A stretch of DNA of 64,000 nt from Octopus sinensis (taxonomy: Eukaryota), in NCBI RefSeq assembly GCF_006345805.1, contig NC_043004.1, positions 2,480,001 to 2,544,000 on the forward strand. The letters are read 5' to 3'. Below the pieces are notes generated by a model that worked only from the letters and a program-made list of their open reading frames with translations, searched no databases and was not told the DNA's origin. Made by a program: the position numbers and the translations under genes. Positions 1 through 12,768 of the stretch are shown here, in pieces. The number at the start of each line of letters is the position of its first letter. Positions within the stretch are counted from its first letter, which is position 1.

Positions 1-214
1 TGTAATCAACTGGTCCCTATCACAAATTTTAGGGCTTGTGCCTATAATAGCAAGGATTATTTTAATGAACAATTGTCGGCTACCACTCAGCAGAAAATTA
101 CAGTAATTCTTCGCCATATCAAGGTTCAACTATCACGGCTCATTTTTCAGGCCTACGTCGGATCCGCCTTGGTGTTGTTTTGTATTTATAATAAAATAAA
201 TGCATACAAAGTAT

Positions 215-309
215 AAAAATATACAGTACAGTATTGTTTCTACTTCACGGATTTTCACATATTGCGGGGCTTTCGGAACGTAACACACGCGATAATCGAG
301 GGATTACTG
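215..309 (-). mobile_element. Tigger/pogo-like DNA transposon terminal fragment (one end)
   Basis: Reverse complement reads TA|CAGTAATCCCTCGATTATCGCG..GTTCCGAAAGCCCCGCAATATGTGAAAATCCGTGAAG, which resembles Tigger/MER2-type termini. TA at 310-311; partner end not found. Confidence 0.5.
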
Positions 310-626
310 TATTACGGTTTTCTAAATAACGTTACTCACTATCAAGATGTAGCACCTCCCCTTCTCGTTTTCTCCCTCCTCCCCCTCATCAACATTGACT
401 TAGTTGGCAACATTTGTTTCTTACGTAAACCAGATATTTTATGCAACTTTTACACAATTGGTAGCGTATGAAGTTTATTATTTTATCCTGACATTTCTTG
501 TTTCTCGTTTCACTTCGCTACAATCATATTCTTTCCTTAATTACCGCTCTCTATCTCTTCCTAGGAGCCTCACAAAATACTTACAAATATACATACCTAT
601 TTTAATATATATGCATATGTATTTCT

Positions 627-633
627 CTGTGTG

Positions 634-676
<43 letters not shown>

Positions 677-677
677 G

Positions 678-717
<40 letters not shown>

Positions 718-935
718 TGTATGTATGTATGTACACGCACGCGTGAGTGTGTGTACATATAAGATATATAAACATACATATACAAATATATATATGTGTA
801 TGTATGTGTGTGAGTGCGTGTGTATATATACGTATGCATGTGTGTGTGTATGTAAATTGATATATATACGTATATAAGGTGGTGCTATTAAGTTAGACAT
901 GGCCTGGAAACATAATTTTTTATCTAAGTTTTGTG

Positions 936-984
<49 letters not shown>

Positions 985-1062
985 GGATAAATAGATAGAG
1001 AGAGAGATGAATAGATATATATAGACAGACAGGCAGACATATATACAGACATATAGATAGAC

Positions 1063-1093
<31 letters not shown>

Positions 1094-1178
1094 CAATCAT
1101 AATAAGCATGTATGTATAAAATATACAAAAAAGATTTCCAACTCATGAATATACTAATATATACATGAGCAAATACAA

Positions 1179-1225
<47 letters not shown>

Positions 1226-1288
1226 ATATAAGCACACACAACAAATAAATAGTATCCATAAAGACGCATAATCTATATGTGTGCTTGT

Positions 1289-1345
<57 letters not shown>

Positions 1346-1400
1346 GGCGTTTGTTTATGTGTGTGTGTGTGCGGGCGTTTGTGTATGTGTGTGTTTGTGT
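627..1400. repeat. Compound (TA)n/(TG)n/(GATA)n microsatellite field
   Basis: Visible di- and tetranucleotide runs; these explain the overlapping low-complexity ORFs. Confidence 0.95.
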
Positions 1401-2103
1401 GTATTTATGTAATATACATATAAATTATAACTTTTTGCAAAAGAAACAAAAAGTCACCCTTAAACAATGAACCAGATATCAATTATGTCCCTAAATCAAT
1501 AAATCTTTGCATGACCTCAAGTGAAAAATAGCGAAAGCTAGAATGCAAAAATGGAAACAAGGAAACAAAAATTAAGAAAGAAAAGTAAAGAAAAATATAA
1601 TTTTTATTTTTTTTGCCTGTTTCCTCGGAAAATACGTCAGAATTAAAAGAAAAACTATAATTGAAGAAGTGTGCTGTCAAGAGAGATAGCAAAGAAACTC
1701 TCTTACGTTCAACTCGTTCGGTTTATGAAATTAGGTATTCGTGATCCGACATTGTACAACAATATTCTTCTATTGTAAAGCCATGCAGGATTCTCTCGGT
1801 GTGTATCTATGTTATAGGAAGTGTGCTAATTGAAAGTTCCGTCTACTAAAAACCACTATTGCTAATCGAGCTGAACACGCAGCGCATGGCTACGGAACCC
1901 TAATCAAAATTGACTTTTGCCGTACTTCATTAAATTAAGACAATTTGTGTGTTAGTTTCGTTTCGTTTCGTTTCGCTTATTTTGTTGTTGTTCTTGTTGT
2001 TGTTGCTGCTGTTGTCGTTGTTCTTTTTTATAAACTTATACGAAGGAAATGGAAATGCGAAACCACATTAAAAAAAAATGCGTGGGAAATACTCTTTTGC
2101 GCC

Positions 2104-2149
<46 letters not shown>

Positions 2150-2400
2150 CAACAACAATAATAATAATAATAATTGCAATAATAATAATAATAATAATAG
2201 TAATAATAATTGCAATAATAATAATAATTGCAATAATAATAATAATAATAATAATAATAGTAATAATAATAATAATAAAAATAATAATAATAATAACAAC
2301 AATAACAATAATAATAATAATAATAATAATGATAATAATAATAATAATATATAATAATAATAATAAATCTTTCTACTATATTTCTAATAATAATAATAAA
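2104..2400. repeat. (AAT)n trinucleotide microsatellite
   Basis: About 300 bp of imperfect AAT repeats. Confidence 0.97.
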
Positions 2401-2401
2401 C

Positions 2402-2531
2402 CTTTCTAATATAGGCACAAGGCTGAAATTTGGTGGGTGGTGTCCGGTCGACTAGATCGATCCCAGTACGCATCTGGTACCTAATTTATCGACCTCAAAA
2501 GGATGAAAGGCAAAGTCGACGTCGGCGGAAT
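2402..2531 (-). mobile_element. SINE family A 3' fragment
   Basis: Contains the reverse complement of ttccgccga.gtcgactttgcctttcatcc..gtcgataaatta.gtaccag and the cttgtgccta tail shared with other copies. Confidence 0.85.
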
Positions 2532-2546
2532 AAAATATTAATGATG

Positions 2547-2596
<50 letters not shown>

Positions 2597-2622
2597 AATG
2601 ATGATAATAATAATAATAAATA

Positions 2623-3790
2623 TTGGCTCCAAATCTGAATACCAGAAACATAATTTCGAGAATAAACTCTCGCGCAGTCACAGTAGTTCGGTGTGACGCT
2701 GGAATTCTGAAATGGATAGACAGGAAGTCAGAAAAGATAGACAGGAAGTCAGAAAAACCTCCTAACGATGCATTGAGCCTATCATTCACGTGCAGACAAC
2801 GATCGCCGATACACGAAGAGACAAATGGAGGAAGAGGACAAATAAGTGTGGAAGACTGCGTACGTATCGAACTCGAGAGCTTAATGAGATACCTAGCCCA
2901 AAGTGAGGAAACCTTGCTAGTGACTATCTGAAACGAGAGAGTGTTGAGATCAGAGAAAAAATGAAAAACAAAGGAAGCTAGTACAAAAAGGACATGAAGA
3001 AGAATTATGCAAGAAGGGACTACACAATCAATCCCATGTAGCCACAACAGAAGTTGCTGGAAAAATAGGTGGGATTGGTTGATGAAAGGAACCCTAAACA
3101 AAGAGACCAAGAGCACTATACTGGCAGCGTAAGACCAGGCTTTGGTCACAAACTGGAGGGTCAACCTTTGGAATGAGCAAGTGTCTCCGCTATGCCGCAT
3201 CTGCAATAGAGTGGATGAAACTATTACCCATATCACAAACGATTGTCCTAGTCTTGCTCCAAACTACTGCAAGTTGTGGCGACATATCCAAGTTAGGAAA
3301 GTCCTCCATTTGAAACTGTGCGAAATGTGAGGGCTAAGGAGAGGAAAGACGTGGTATGAGCACAAACCGAAGAGAGTGGTAGAGTCAGAGACTAGCAAAA
3401 TCTTCTGGTATTTCTGAATCCAAACAGATCAGGTGCTAGAGCATAAGAGACCGGAGCTAGTGGTGGTGGATAAGGTGCATCAAGTGATATATAGTTGATG
3501 TTGCATGCCCCTTTGATCCACGAATAGTGAAGACGGAAGGTGAAAATATAGATAAATACAACCCTCTTTAGTACGAAATAGCCCGACTATGGAAAATGAA
3601 GAAGGTGAATTATTATTGGATCCTCGGGAACAGTATCAGAAGGAATCAAGGGAGATATAAAAGAAATTTGAATAGAGTGTCCAGTAGAGCTCTTACAAAA
3701 CGTTTGCCCCTTGGCACGGCCGGAATAATGAGGGAAGTATTAGATAGCTGAAAAGAACGAGTAGCATGGTACCGGAGGCTGCAGGTAGTA
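2623..3790 (+). mobile_element. Degenerate R4/Dong-like non-LTR retrotransposon 3' part (post-RT, CCHC knuckle, restriction-like endonuclease)
   Basis: Frameshifted translation: GGRGQISVED..., ILAA*DQAL, CRICNRVDETITHITNDCPSLA..RH, WYEHKP, QTDQVLEHKRPELVVVDK, IVDVACPFD..KY. Many stops; 5' end abuts a (TAA/TGA)n tract. Confidence 0.88.
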
Positions 3791-3811
3791 AGATATTTAA
3801 GAAATACTCAA

Positions 3812-3855
<44 letters not shown>

Positions 3856-3856
3856 G

Positions 3857-4317
3857 AAGGTGGCGAGCTGGCAGAATCGTTAGGACGCCGGGCGAAATGC
3901 TTAGCGGTATTTCGTCTGCCGTTACGTTCTGAGTTCAAATTCCGCCGAGGTCGACTTTGCCTTTCATCCTTTCAGAGTCGATAAATTAAGTACCAGTTAC
4001 GCACTGGGCTCGATGTAATCTACTTAATCCGTTTGTCCTTGTTTTTTCTCTCTGTTTAGCCCCTTGTGGGTAGTAAAGAAATAGGTATTTCGTCTGCCGT
4101 TACGTTCTGAGTTCAATTCCGCTGAGGTCGACTTTGCCTCTCATCCTTTCGGGGTCGATTAAATACGTACCAGTTACGCACTGGGGTCGATATAATCGAC
4201 TTAATCCGTTTGTATGTCTTTGTTTGTCCTCTCTGTGTTTAGCCCTTTATGGGTAGTAAAGAAATAGGTATTTCGTCTGCCGTTACGTTCTGAGTTGAAT
4301 TTCCGCCGAGATCAACT
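3857..4317 (+). mobile_element. tRNA-derived SINE family A with internal tandem re-duplications
   Basis: Head ggtggcgagctggcagaatcgtt with B-box-like gagttcaaattcc; the module tatttcgtctgccgttacgttctgagtt recurs three times. Confidence 0.92.
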
Positions 4318-6511
4318 TAAAGTCGTATAAAGTTGCGTAGCTTTGTTCTATCATTATGAATCAAAAGATCCTTTCCCTTTCTATATTGTTTTCTGTATAT
4401 TTGTTTTCAGTGTTATTCACATGGGTTTCGTATCCCTTTTTGAGGGAATCTCAGCAAGTACAAACAAGACAGGCTGCAGCATATATTATTTCATGCTGTT
4501 TTAATTATGTCTTCGGCGGCCAAATTTGCATTGAAAATTCTTGACACTATTTTATAGTTATGCTTCAAAATTCATTTAAATCGGCCAAAATATTCCACTT
4601 GTTTTATGCTCTGTTTGGTTTAGGCTCTTTCATCTATTCTACTAAAGGATTTTAAACATAAACAATCACATCATCTAAATTTCGAAGCTATGAGATAATG
4701 TATAATTACATCAAAACAATGTGCATAAGAAAGCCTTACAGTTGATAAAGCTATCTAAATGCTAAATGGTTTATATTTGGAAGTACTTTAGTTGGGTCGC
4801 AGGAAGTTCTTTTATTTATAATTACTGAATGATGTCCAAGTATGGGGTATCAGAGTTCAGTATTTAGAGTCTCCCATTATCAAATTTTTCTCATTTTTAT
4901 TTATGTAGTATTTCTTGAACATTACTGAGTAGTTCTCAGCAAACCCTCGTATAAAGAAAGGTGAGATAAAAATAAGTGCACGAATTCAAAACCCCTTTAA
5001 AATTTACATCGTAAATGATCGGTCGATTTGAAAAATGTCAGTGTCTCTTTAAACAAGGCAAACACCGTGTTTAGGCCGGGAAAACAGTTAAACATTACAG
5101 TGAAGGAGACATATTTTTCAAATGGTGAAATTAAACTAGGAATTCAACCTTCTTTACTTTACGGCTCAACGGCAAAGCAATGAATATCGTGAAATATATT
5201 TGAATTTCTCCTGCTGTATACATTGCGGGCCCTACTTTTTATCTCGTTCATCTTTCAATTGGTCTCTTTCAACGCACCCACAACGAAGTCCTCTCACAGT
5301 TACATAGTACGAAATATTTATAATCCATAACAGCATCTTTAACCATATAAATTCATTCATGAAATTGATTTTCTTCTAGCTGCGGCATTGCTTATTTTCG
5401 ACTTAAAGGTTTTGGGTCAAAGGAGATAAAGGCGTTGCATGGTTTCGAAAGCGCAGGAATCGTTAGGTGTTTGTGGGAGGGATCAATGTGTCGGTCTACT
5501 ATTACGAAAGGTCTACTATTTCTCGGAATAAAAAATAGAATTCAAATGACCATAATAAGAAGATGGGAAAAAACAAAAAGGGGGAAAATGATGTAGAAGG
5601 AAAGTAGAATCGAACCCCAGCCTCAAGAACAAGGTTAAGCATTCCTTAGCTATTTACTATTATTTAAATAAAATAAGCAGTGAAGAGATTGAGGAATTTT
5701 TTGCAGTTTGCAATGGGAAACTATTATCATTCCTACAAATTTTATTGTGTCAGTCAATCAGTATAAAGAAACGTTATAACTGAAAAGTACAATGGAAAGA
5801 GAGCCTCTTTCACAATTGCTTCGATTGACAGGTCAATCGATCAACCATTGCATTGTTCAAGAATCTCAACCCAAGATGAAGTCTCACGAGATATGTTTCC
5901 GCCACACCCAGCAGAGAGGACAGTTAAAGAAAGCGTGGCGCATGACCAAGGGCATCTTTTATGAAAGAAACGTCTGAGTGACAGATGGTCGACTGTGCTG
6001 TACAAGTGATGGAGGTGTTGACCACACCCACCTGCTCGTGAAACAGGACTGTCTCTCAGGTCACATCTATACGCTTCCCAGATTATTCATATTGTTATGC
6101 ATTCACACACTAACGCGTCCGCGCAAAGAAACGCACACAATCGTACACGTATTTTCATTCACATACACACAGACGTGAATATATACACACACTTATTCAT
6201 ATTTTGCTGCTTCACAACTAAAAAAAGACACGTTTAAAAAATATTATATTATGTAAGACACTCTAAGCTTTTATCATTCTCTCCCCCACCCCACACTTTT
6301 TAGATTTGATATTTCAATCGATAATTTTAATGTCAATAAAACGCACTTATTACACTACATGTAGCTGTGTTCAACCAATATTTATGTGTGTTCTGTATGT
6401 ACATACACATAAACACACAAATACACACACATATACGCAGATGCATATGAAAGTATATACATTCGCACATTCATATATCTACACACACATGCACACACAC
6501 ACACACACACA

Positions 6512-6586
<75 letters not shown>

Positions 6587-7124
6587 AGTATATACATGTA
6601 AATGTAGAACGTTGGAATGAGTGTTCAACACCGGATTGGTGGATAAATAATTTCTTTATGAATAATTTTTTAACATTCGTAGCCTTAATTCACAAATAAA
6701 GAAAATAAATATATATGTGTGTGCAGACATATATACATATGTGAGTGTGTGCATACATACATACATACATACATACATCTGCCCATCCCTACAGAACACT
6801 GAGGAGATAGAGATGGCATGGAGGATTTCGTTGCCTCTTGGCAGAAACGGCCGTAAGGAACTTAGTATCTTCTGACAATCTGATCTTTTGCTCTTTTCTG
6901 TAATATTAATACATGTGTGTGAAACACATAGTTATTACATGTGTATGTATTCTTCTAATACTTTCTAATTCTTTTGAATATACAGACATACTAAAATGTC
7001 TACCAGCTGATGTTTGTCATTTTTGCATCTTCCCCATTTATTGTATGTATGTATGTATGCATGTATGTATGTATGTATGTATGTATGTATGTATGTATGT
7101 ATGTATGTATGTATGTATGTATGT

Positions 7125-7375
7125 TTATGGATGCCCCTTCATGAAACAGGGACAACTGAAAAGGGGAATATTCTTTATGTTGCATGTCTCGTTTCTCTGT
7201 TTGTTTTTTCGTTGTTTGAATTTAAAGTTCGTTTCCATGTTTTTCTTTTTGTTTTTGTTTCTCATTGTGTTTTTTGTTTTGATGTCCTGTACCCATATAT
7301 GCATGTATATATACATATATATGTAGGTATGTACATATATATATATGTATATATGCATATATTTATATATTATGA
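7125..7375. mobile_element. Short repeat (same family as the 34450-34730 foldback)
   Basis: Shares tttgatgtcctgtacccatatat..gtaggtatgt..tatatgcat with 34620-34725. Confidence 0.7.
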
Positions 7376-7627
7376 TGTAAAATACCATTTCCATTGTCAC
7401 AGTAGGCTCCTCCTTCGGACACGGCTATCAGTCATTGTCGTAGTAGAAGCTGACCCCTCACCTCATGACACTCAGGAATGAATTCTTTAAAATCTTTAAG
7501 GTGACAGCTGTTTTGTCCCTAAGCCAATCTACACGCCAGTGTAAATACTTTGTTAAATGTTTCTATATTATAAGTCTATATTTTTGTGACTTCACTTTTT
7601 ACTTTATTTCCTCTTGTGTTGCTCAAA

Positions 7628-7730
7628 TTAACCCATTAAGTCACACTGTCCTATAAATAGGACACAAAATGAGAACATTAAATAAGCTAAATCACATTGT
7701 CTCAGTGTCCTGTTTATAGGACACCGAGTA
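7628..7730 (+). mobile_element. piggyBac-like terminus
   Basis: TTAA|CCC start followed by two palindromic subterminal motifs (tgtcctataaataggaca; gtgtcctgtttataggacac). Other end not seen. Confidence 0.45.
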
Positions 7731-8475
7731 TTTCCATTTCTGCTTGAAATAAAGGAATTTTAATAATTATTTTTTTCAGTTTAACCTATTTTCAATCATC
7801 TGTAAAAATTTAAAAGAAATTGAAGTACTCTTGTTCAAGGATGGTAAATTCCTAAATTCTCATTTAACACTTTAAGTTAATTGATCTGAGTTCGCTTATA
7901 TGCAAAAAAAAAAAGAAGCGATTTCTGTAATGAATAGTACCACAGTATGTCTTCGCAATGTTAATTTCCTTTTACTGACCAAACCAATATAATTTTGGTT
8001 AATTCTGGGCTTCCGTACGTTTTAATTATAAACAGTTAATTTTGCAGGTATATCTAGAGCTGATCTCTTAATGTAACCATGATTTTCTGGTGATCTGATG
8101 ACCTAGATTTCTTCATTTACATTAATTTCTGAATAAGCAGTTGTATTGTATAACGCTGTGCATATTATTGCATATTAATCCGCATAATATATGCATAATT
8201 TCTTGTATTTTTGTATTACATGAAAAAGGTTGCAAAACGGCCGTAATCATATAGAAGTCATGTGATTAAAAATATATATCTTCACCTCACATAATTCCTT
8301 ATTTATGCTTTATATATGTGTGTGCAGAGGGTCTATTTGCATATATACATACATGCATACATACATACATAAGTATACATACATACATACATACATACAT
8401 ACGTACATACATACATACATACATACATACATACATACTACATACATACATACATATGCATATATATATATATAT

Positions 8476-8646
8476 ACAAAAAACAAAAGACGAAGACGGG
8501 TTTGTAAACAACAAACTGATGTATTAGTTTAACACTCGGGAAGTGATAAAGTCTTTTACCTTTCGAGCCTATGCTCTTCAACAAAAAGGAACAGAGAAAT
8601 AGACAGGGAGAGAAAATAGAAAAAGGTTTAGTGGCTAGCGATCTAT
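8476..8646 (-). mobile_element. Short Penelope-like LTR-derived repeat, family H1 (degenerate hammerhead)
   Basis: Highly similar to 11770-11953; flanked by (TA)n; hammerhead-like motif at 8553-8588. Confidence 0.75.
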
Positions 8647-9263
8647 TATATATATACACACATACACACACACATACATGTATGTATTTATATATAATTT
8701 TCTGCATATTGGCAGAGGTACACACACAAACACACACATGCATATTATCCTTAGTTTATTTTAATCATAAACTCTAACACAGTTGCTGTATTTATCAGGC
8801 TTTGGAAGATTACATCGCTTTCAGTGATTGAACCAAGAGCCAAGTACAAACGTTTGTATTGTTTCGTTGATCATCAAATTTTGTTTTGTGTATAAGTGTG
8901 TTTGTTTTTAAAATAATAAAAATGACAATGATATAACTTCGTTGTCATTGTTTCATTAATGAATAACGATCAATAAATCAGACGAGTTCAAAGACATCAG
9001 ACTGAGAGAAGCAAACGAGCCATCAAAACATGACCATCGCAACAGTTGAATGTTTCATTAAAATGATACTCACGCATGGAAAAGATAATCTACATATAAT
9101 AAATCGTAATTTTGTTCTGATCACATTTTGCCACCAGCCATAGTTTACTGACGATGGGGTTCATTCGCCAGTTTGTTGGACCCACTACTATAATACGTGT
9201 TTTGTATATATGTATACAGACATAACATGCATACAGATATACATACACAAACACAGACACACA

Positions 9264-9309
<46 letters not shown>

Positions 9310-11718
9310 TATATATATATTTAGAGAGAGAGAGAGAGAGAGATTAGTTTCTTACTGATGATATCTTTGAGATTCTAAACAATGTTTAATAACAGTGCTT
9401 GTTTAAAATATCTATCAACACAGAGTGACAAGAATCGATTATGTGGCCGTATCAATACGTTTTGGCATTGGAATTAAATAGTTTACCGTTATTTCAAGAC
9501 TACCTATTGCAACAAACATAATAATACGTAGTAGCAAGAAAACCTCTGACAGTTGGGAAGTGGATGGCAGTTAAATATTCTCAAAAGTTGGATGTTATTT
9601 GAAAATCGCTGATGATTTACAGTAGCGTGGGAATTTCGTTCGACATTATTCGTTATTAATTTTAATATTTAGATTTAATTGAAATTATTATGTAATCATC
9701 TTTAATTAAAATTATTCGATTAATCTACGATTTTTGATTCGGTTGTACAATAAATCAGATATACCTAGAGATGTATACATTAAAGCAATGTGTTGAAGAC
9801 CAACTGGGTTACTCAAACAATATACGGTCGTTTGAATTCAAAGTGTAGCGTTTGTAGAATCGGTACAACAACAGTTTTACGATATTTGTTAGGGTTTTTT
9901 ATGTTCTGAATCCGAGTTCCAACGACGTAAATGTAACATTTTATTCCATTGGCGTCAATAAAGTTCCAAATCAGAACATAGAATTGTAGAATTGTAGATT
10001 ACTAAAAGTTTTCAAGTGTCAGGAAGACAGGTTTTGCGGTATTTGTTCCGGTTATCTACGTTCTGTCTACTAAACCAGTTGTGGAAAACTTGCCTACAAC
10101 TAACAAAAAATAAATGACATCTGTTTATATCCAGCAAAAACTATATGAAACAATACTATTGGGCACAAAATTGTATATTTTCTCACCACACAGAAATAAT
10201 GCTTGTCAAGGAATGTAGCAAAAGGCGTTCGTAGACATGGTGTCAGAAAAATATCTCTGATGACTATCCAAGTAGAATAAATATTACTAAATGAAAAAAG
10301 TATGGAAAATATTTTCTAAAAATCCATTTTAGGCCCCAAAAAATTAAAAGCTTATACTGAAGTGAGAAACGTATAAAAACACTTGTCTCGATTCATTATG
10401 TAGAACTAGTATGATTTTTAAATGGTAGATGATAGTTTTCGAATTATTTAGAAGTTTTGAAATTACTTATATATAAATGCTAATACCTCTCCAGTTTCCA
10501 AATTTTTTTGAATTTATAAAACATAAATTGTGCCATCTATGCTTAATGGCATCACATTTGACTTATAATCCATACTCTTGAATATATTTCAATGAACTTC
10601 TAACGCTAACTTTACTTCCGGCTTAAATGGATTCCCATTGTTTGCAAAGAATTTGATATTTGGTGAAAATAAAACAAAAGATAATAGAACAATCTTATGA
10701 TAAATAGGGTTTCTTCATTCAGCGTTAATGGAGAAAGAAACATATTTATTTTCATTCATTCTTCACCAAGAGCTGTTTATTTTTCTCTTTCGTACTTTTG
10801 CGATTATAAGTGTTTTCAAGTGTAAATTAAACGAAAACTCGTGTCTTTTCGGTTGTTAGATTTTAATTATTTGGCGTCAAAGACGAAAGATGTTAATTGC
10901 ATGTGTCAACACAGATAAACCACAGAATAAATCGAATTTTGTGATATATTTATAATTTTATCCTCTATTTCAACTCATAAACCAGATTTCTAAAATCTTA
11001 CACTACATTGCGAGACAACGATTGAGTGTCTGAGTGTCTATAACAGTGGTGTGACGGAAAATAAACGCACGAAAATATATTAGTATCCAACGAATATTTG
11101 TCGAAGGAATTAGTTTTATGAATTTTTAGTTTAGTCTATTTATTTGTTTATTTATTTTGATAGACTTTAAATTGGGTCTTTTAATAAACAAAGTCACGAT
11201 GTAAAACATCTCAGAATCTATTTGAAACAATGGCATGCTATTGTGTTACCTTCACAGAGTGTCAAAACGAATTTTACATGTAATGAATTGTATAATTAAT
11301 GACTATCATTTATAACGTGAAATATTATCACAGCTGGAACTCTCAGCCAATACATCTCGCTTCTGGCACCGCGTTGAGACCACGATCAATACTCATTAAA
11401 TGAAATTTTACATAGTGTAAACTTAGTTAGAGGAAGAAACTGATGAGGGTTGTAAATAGCTTCCCATAAACTCATTGATGTAAACGGTGGCAACACTCTA
11501 AACTGGACGAGTTTTTCGTTCGACCTCAGATTTAGTTTTATATTCTCCTGTCAGATGGAGTGTCCCCAAATATGAATTCTATTTCTATGTCCTAATTTTA
11601 TGGGACATTTAAAGCCTAGTATTTCAAAGAGTTAACATATTTAAAACAAACAAGACTGATGCACATTATATGCGTGTTTGTGTGTGCAAAAACACACACC
11701 AGACTATATATATGTATG

Positions 11719-11769
<51 letters not shown>

Positions 11770-11774
<5 letters not shown>

Positions 11775-11953
11775 GAATTTACAAAAAGTAAAGGACGAAG
11801 ACGGGTGTGTAAACAACAAACAGTTGTATTATTTTAACGCTCGAGAAGTGAGAAAGTCTTTTACGTTTCGAACCTACGCTCTTCAACAGAAAGGAACAGA
11901 GAAATAAACAGGGAGAGAAAATAGAAAAGGGTTTAGTAGCTAGCGATCTATCA
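11770..11953 (-). mobile_element. Short Penelope-like LTR-derived repeat, family H1
   Basis: Repeated at 8476 and 37335; begins at a (TA)n tract; carries a hammerhead-like motif. Confidence 0.75.
11858..11893 (-). ncRNA. Minimal type-I hammerhead ribozyme-like motif (variant core)
   Basis: Minus strand: CUUU-CUGUUGA-A-GAGC-GUAG-GUUC-GAAA-CG-UA-AAAG. Stem I CUUU/AAAG, stem II GAGC/GUUC, palindromic ACGU in place of stem III. Confidence 0.6.
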
Positions 11954-12340
11954 TGCCACACACGCGCGCATATATATGCCACATATACATGTGTATGTGT
12001 AGGAAGCCCTGAGTAAAGATGGAGTACATGTTTTCTCTGTCTATGCATTGACTAGTTTTCCATTCGTTTCTAAACAATATGAACTTTAACTCTTAAGTAC
12101 AATTGTTCAGTGAAAACAATGTGGCTATACAACAGCTTATATTTCTCCTTATTCTATCAGGTGACGTACAGACAGTGTCAACAACCAAAGGAAATAATGT
12201 TTCCTTGTCTCACACGGAATCATCAACTGCGACAACTACTCTTTCTCTGTTTAAGGAGAAATAAAAATCAATCAGGCACACTTCTAGTCATGCTTCATCA
12301 AATAATGTCTATTCGCCTCCTGTTTCTAGCCATATGCATA

Positions 12341-12702
12341 CAGGGAGGCCACAAAGCCACGCACCATGGGAGATATCAAGTATGCTCTATTTGCAATGAA
12401 GTAGGTAATCCATTACAAATGTTCAAAGTGTTGGCCATGGAACTCTAAACAAGTGTTCATACAGAATTTAAAATTGCGATGAATCCTCTCAAATAACTTT
12501 TCATTGCTGTTGACTTGTTCACTCGCTTTAACAATTCTAGGCGTAGGAGTGGCTGTGTGGTAAGTAGCTTGCTTACCAACCACATGGTTCTGGGTTCAGT
12601 CCCACTACGTGGCACCTTGGGCAAGTGACTTCTACTATAGCCTCGGGCCGACCAAAGCCTTGTGAGTGGATTTGGTAGACGGAAACTGAAAGAAGCCCGT
12701 CG

Positions 12703-12768
<66 letters not shown>

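Noticed and set aside
404-1470. Long overlapping ORFs (157-242 aa) rich in Y/I/V/C/H/T
   Set aside because: Stop-free read-through of (TA)n/(TG)n/(GATA)n; the same applies at 16149-16845, 18011-18529, 55510-56095 and 61062-61653.
1945-2418. Poly-I/N/L/Y ORFs
   Set aside because: Translations of (AAT)n in all frames; likewise 49381-49818 and 62135-62864.
3857-4317. Regularly recurring modules resembling a CRISPR array
   Set aside because: Intervening sequences are homologous rather than unique spacers; these are SINE modules in eukaryotic DNA with no cas genes.
4575-4775. Possible decayed piggyBac-type MITE (ends aatgctaaatggttta)
   Set aside because: Only a degenerate right end; no matching left TIR or TTAA pair to support it.
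11440-11476. CTGATGA-GGG..CCC hammerhead candidate
   Set aside because: No GAAA after stem II and no stems I/III.
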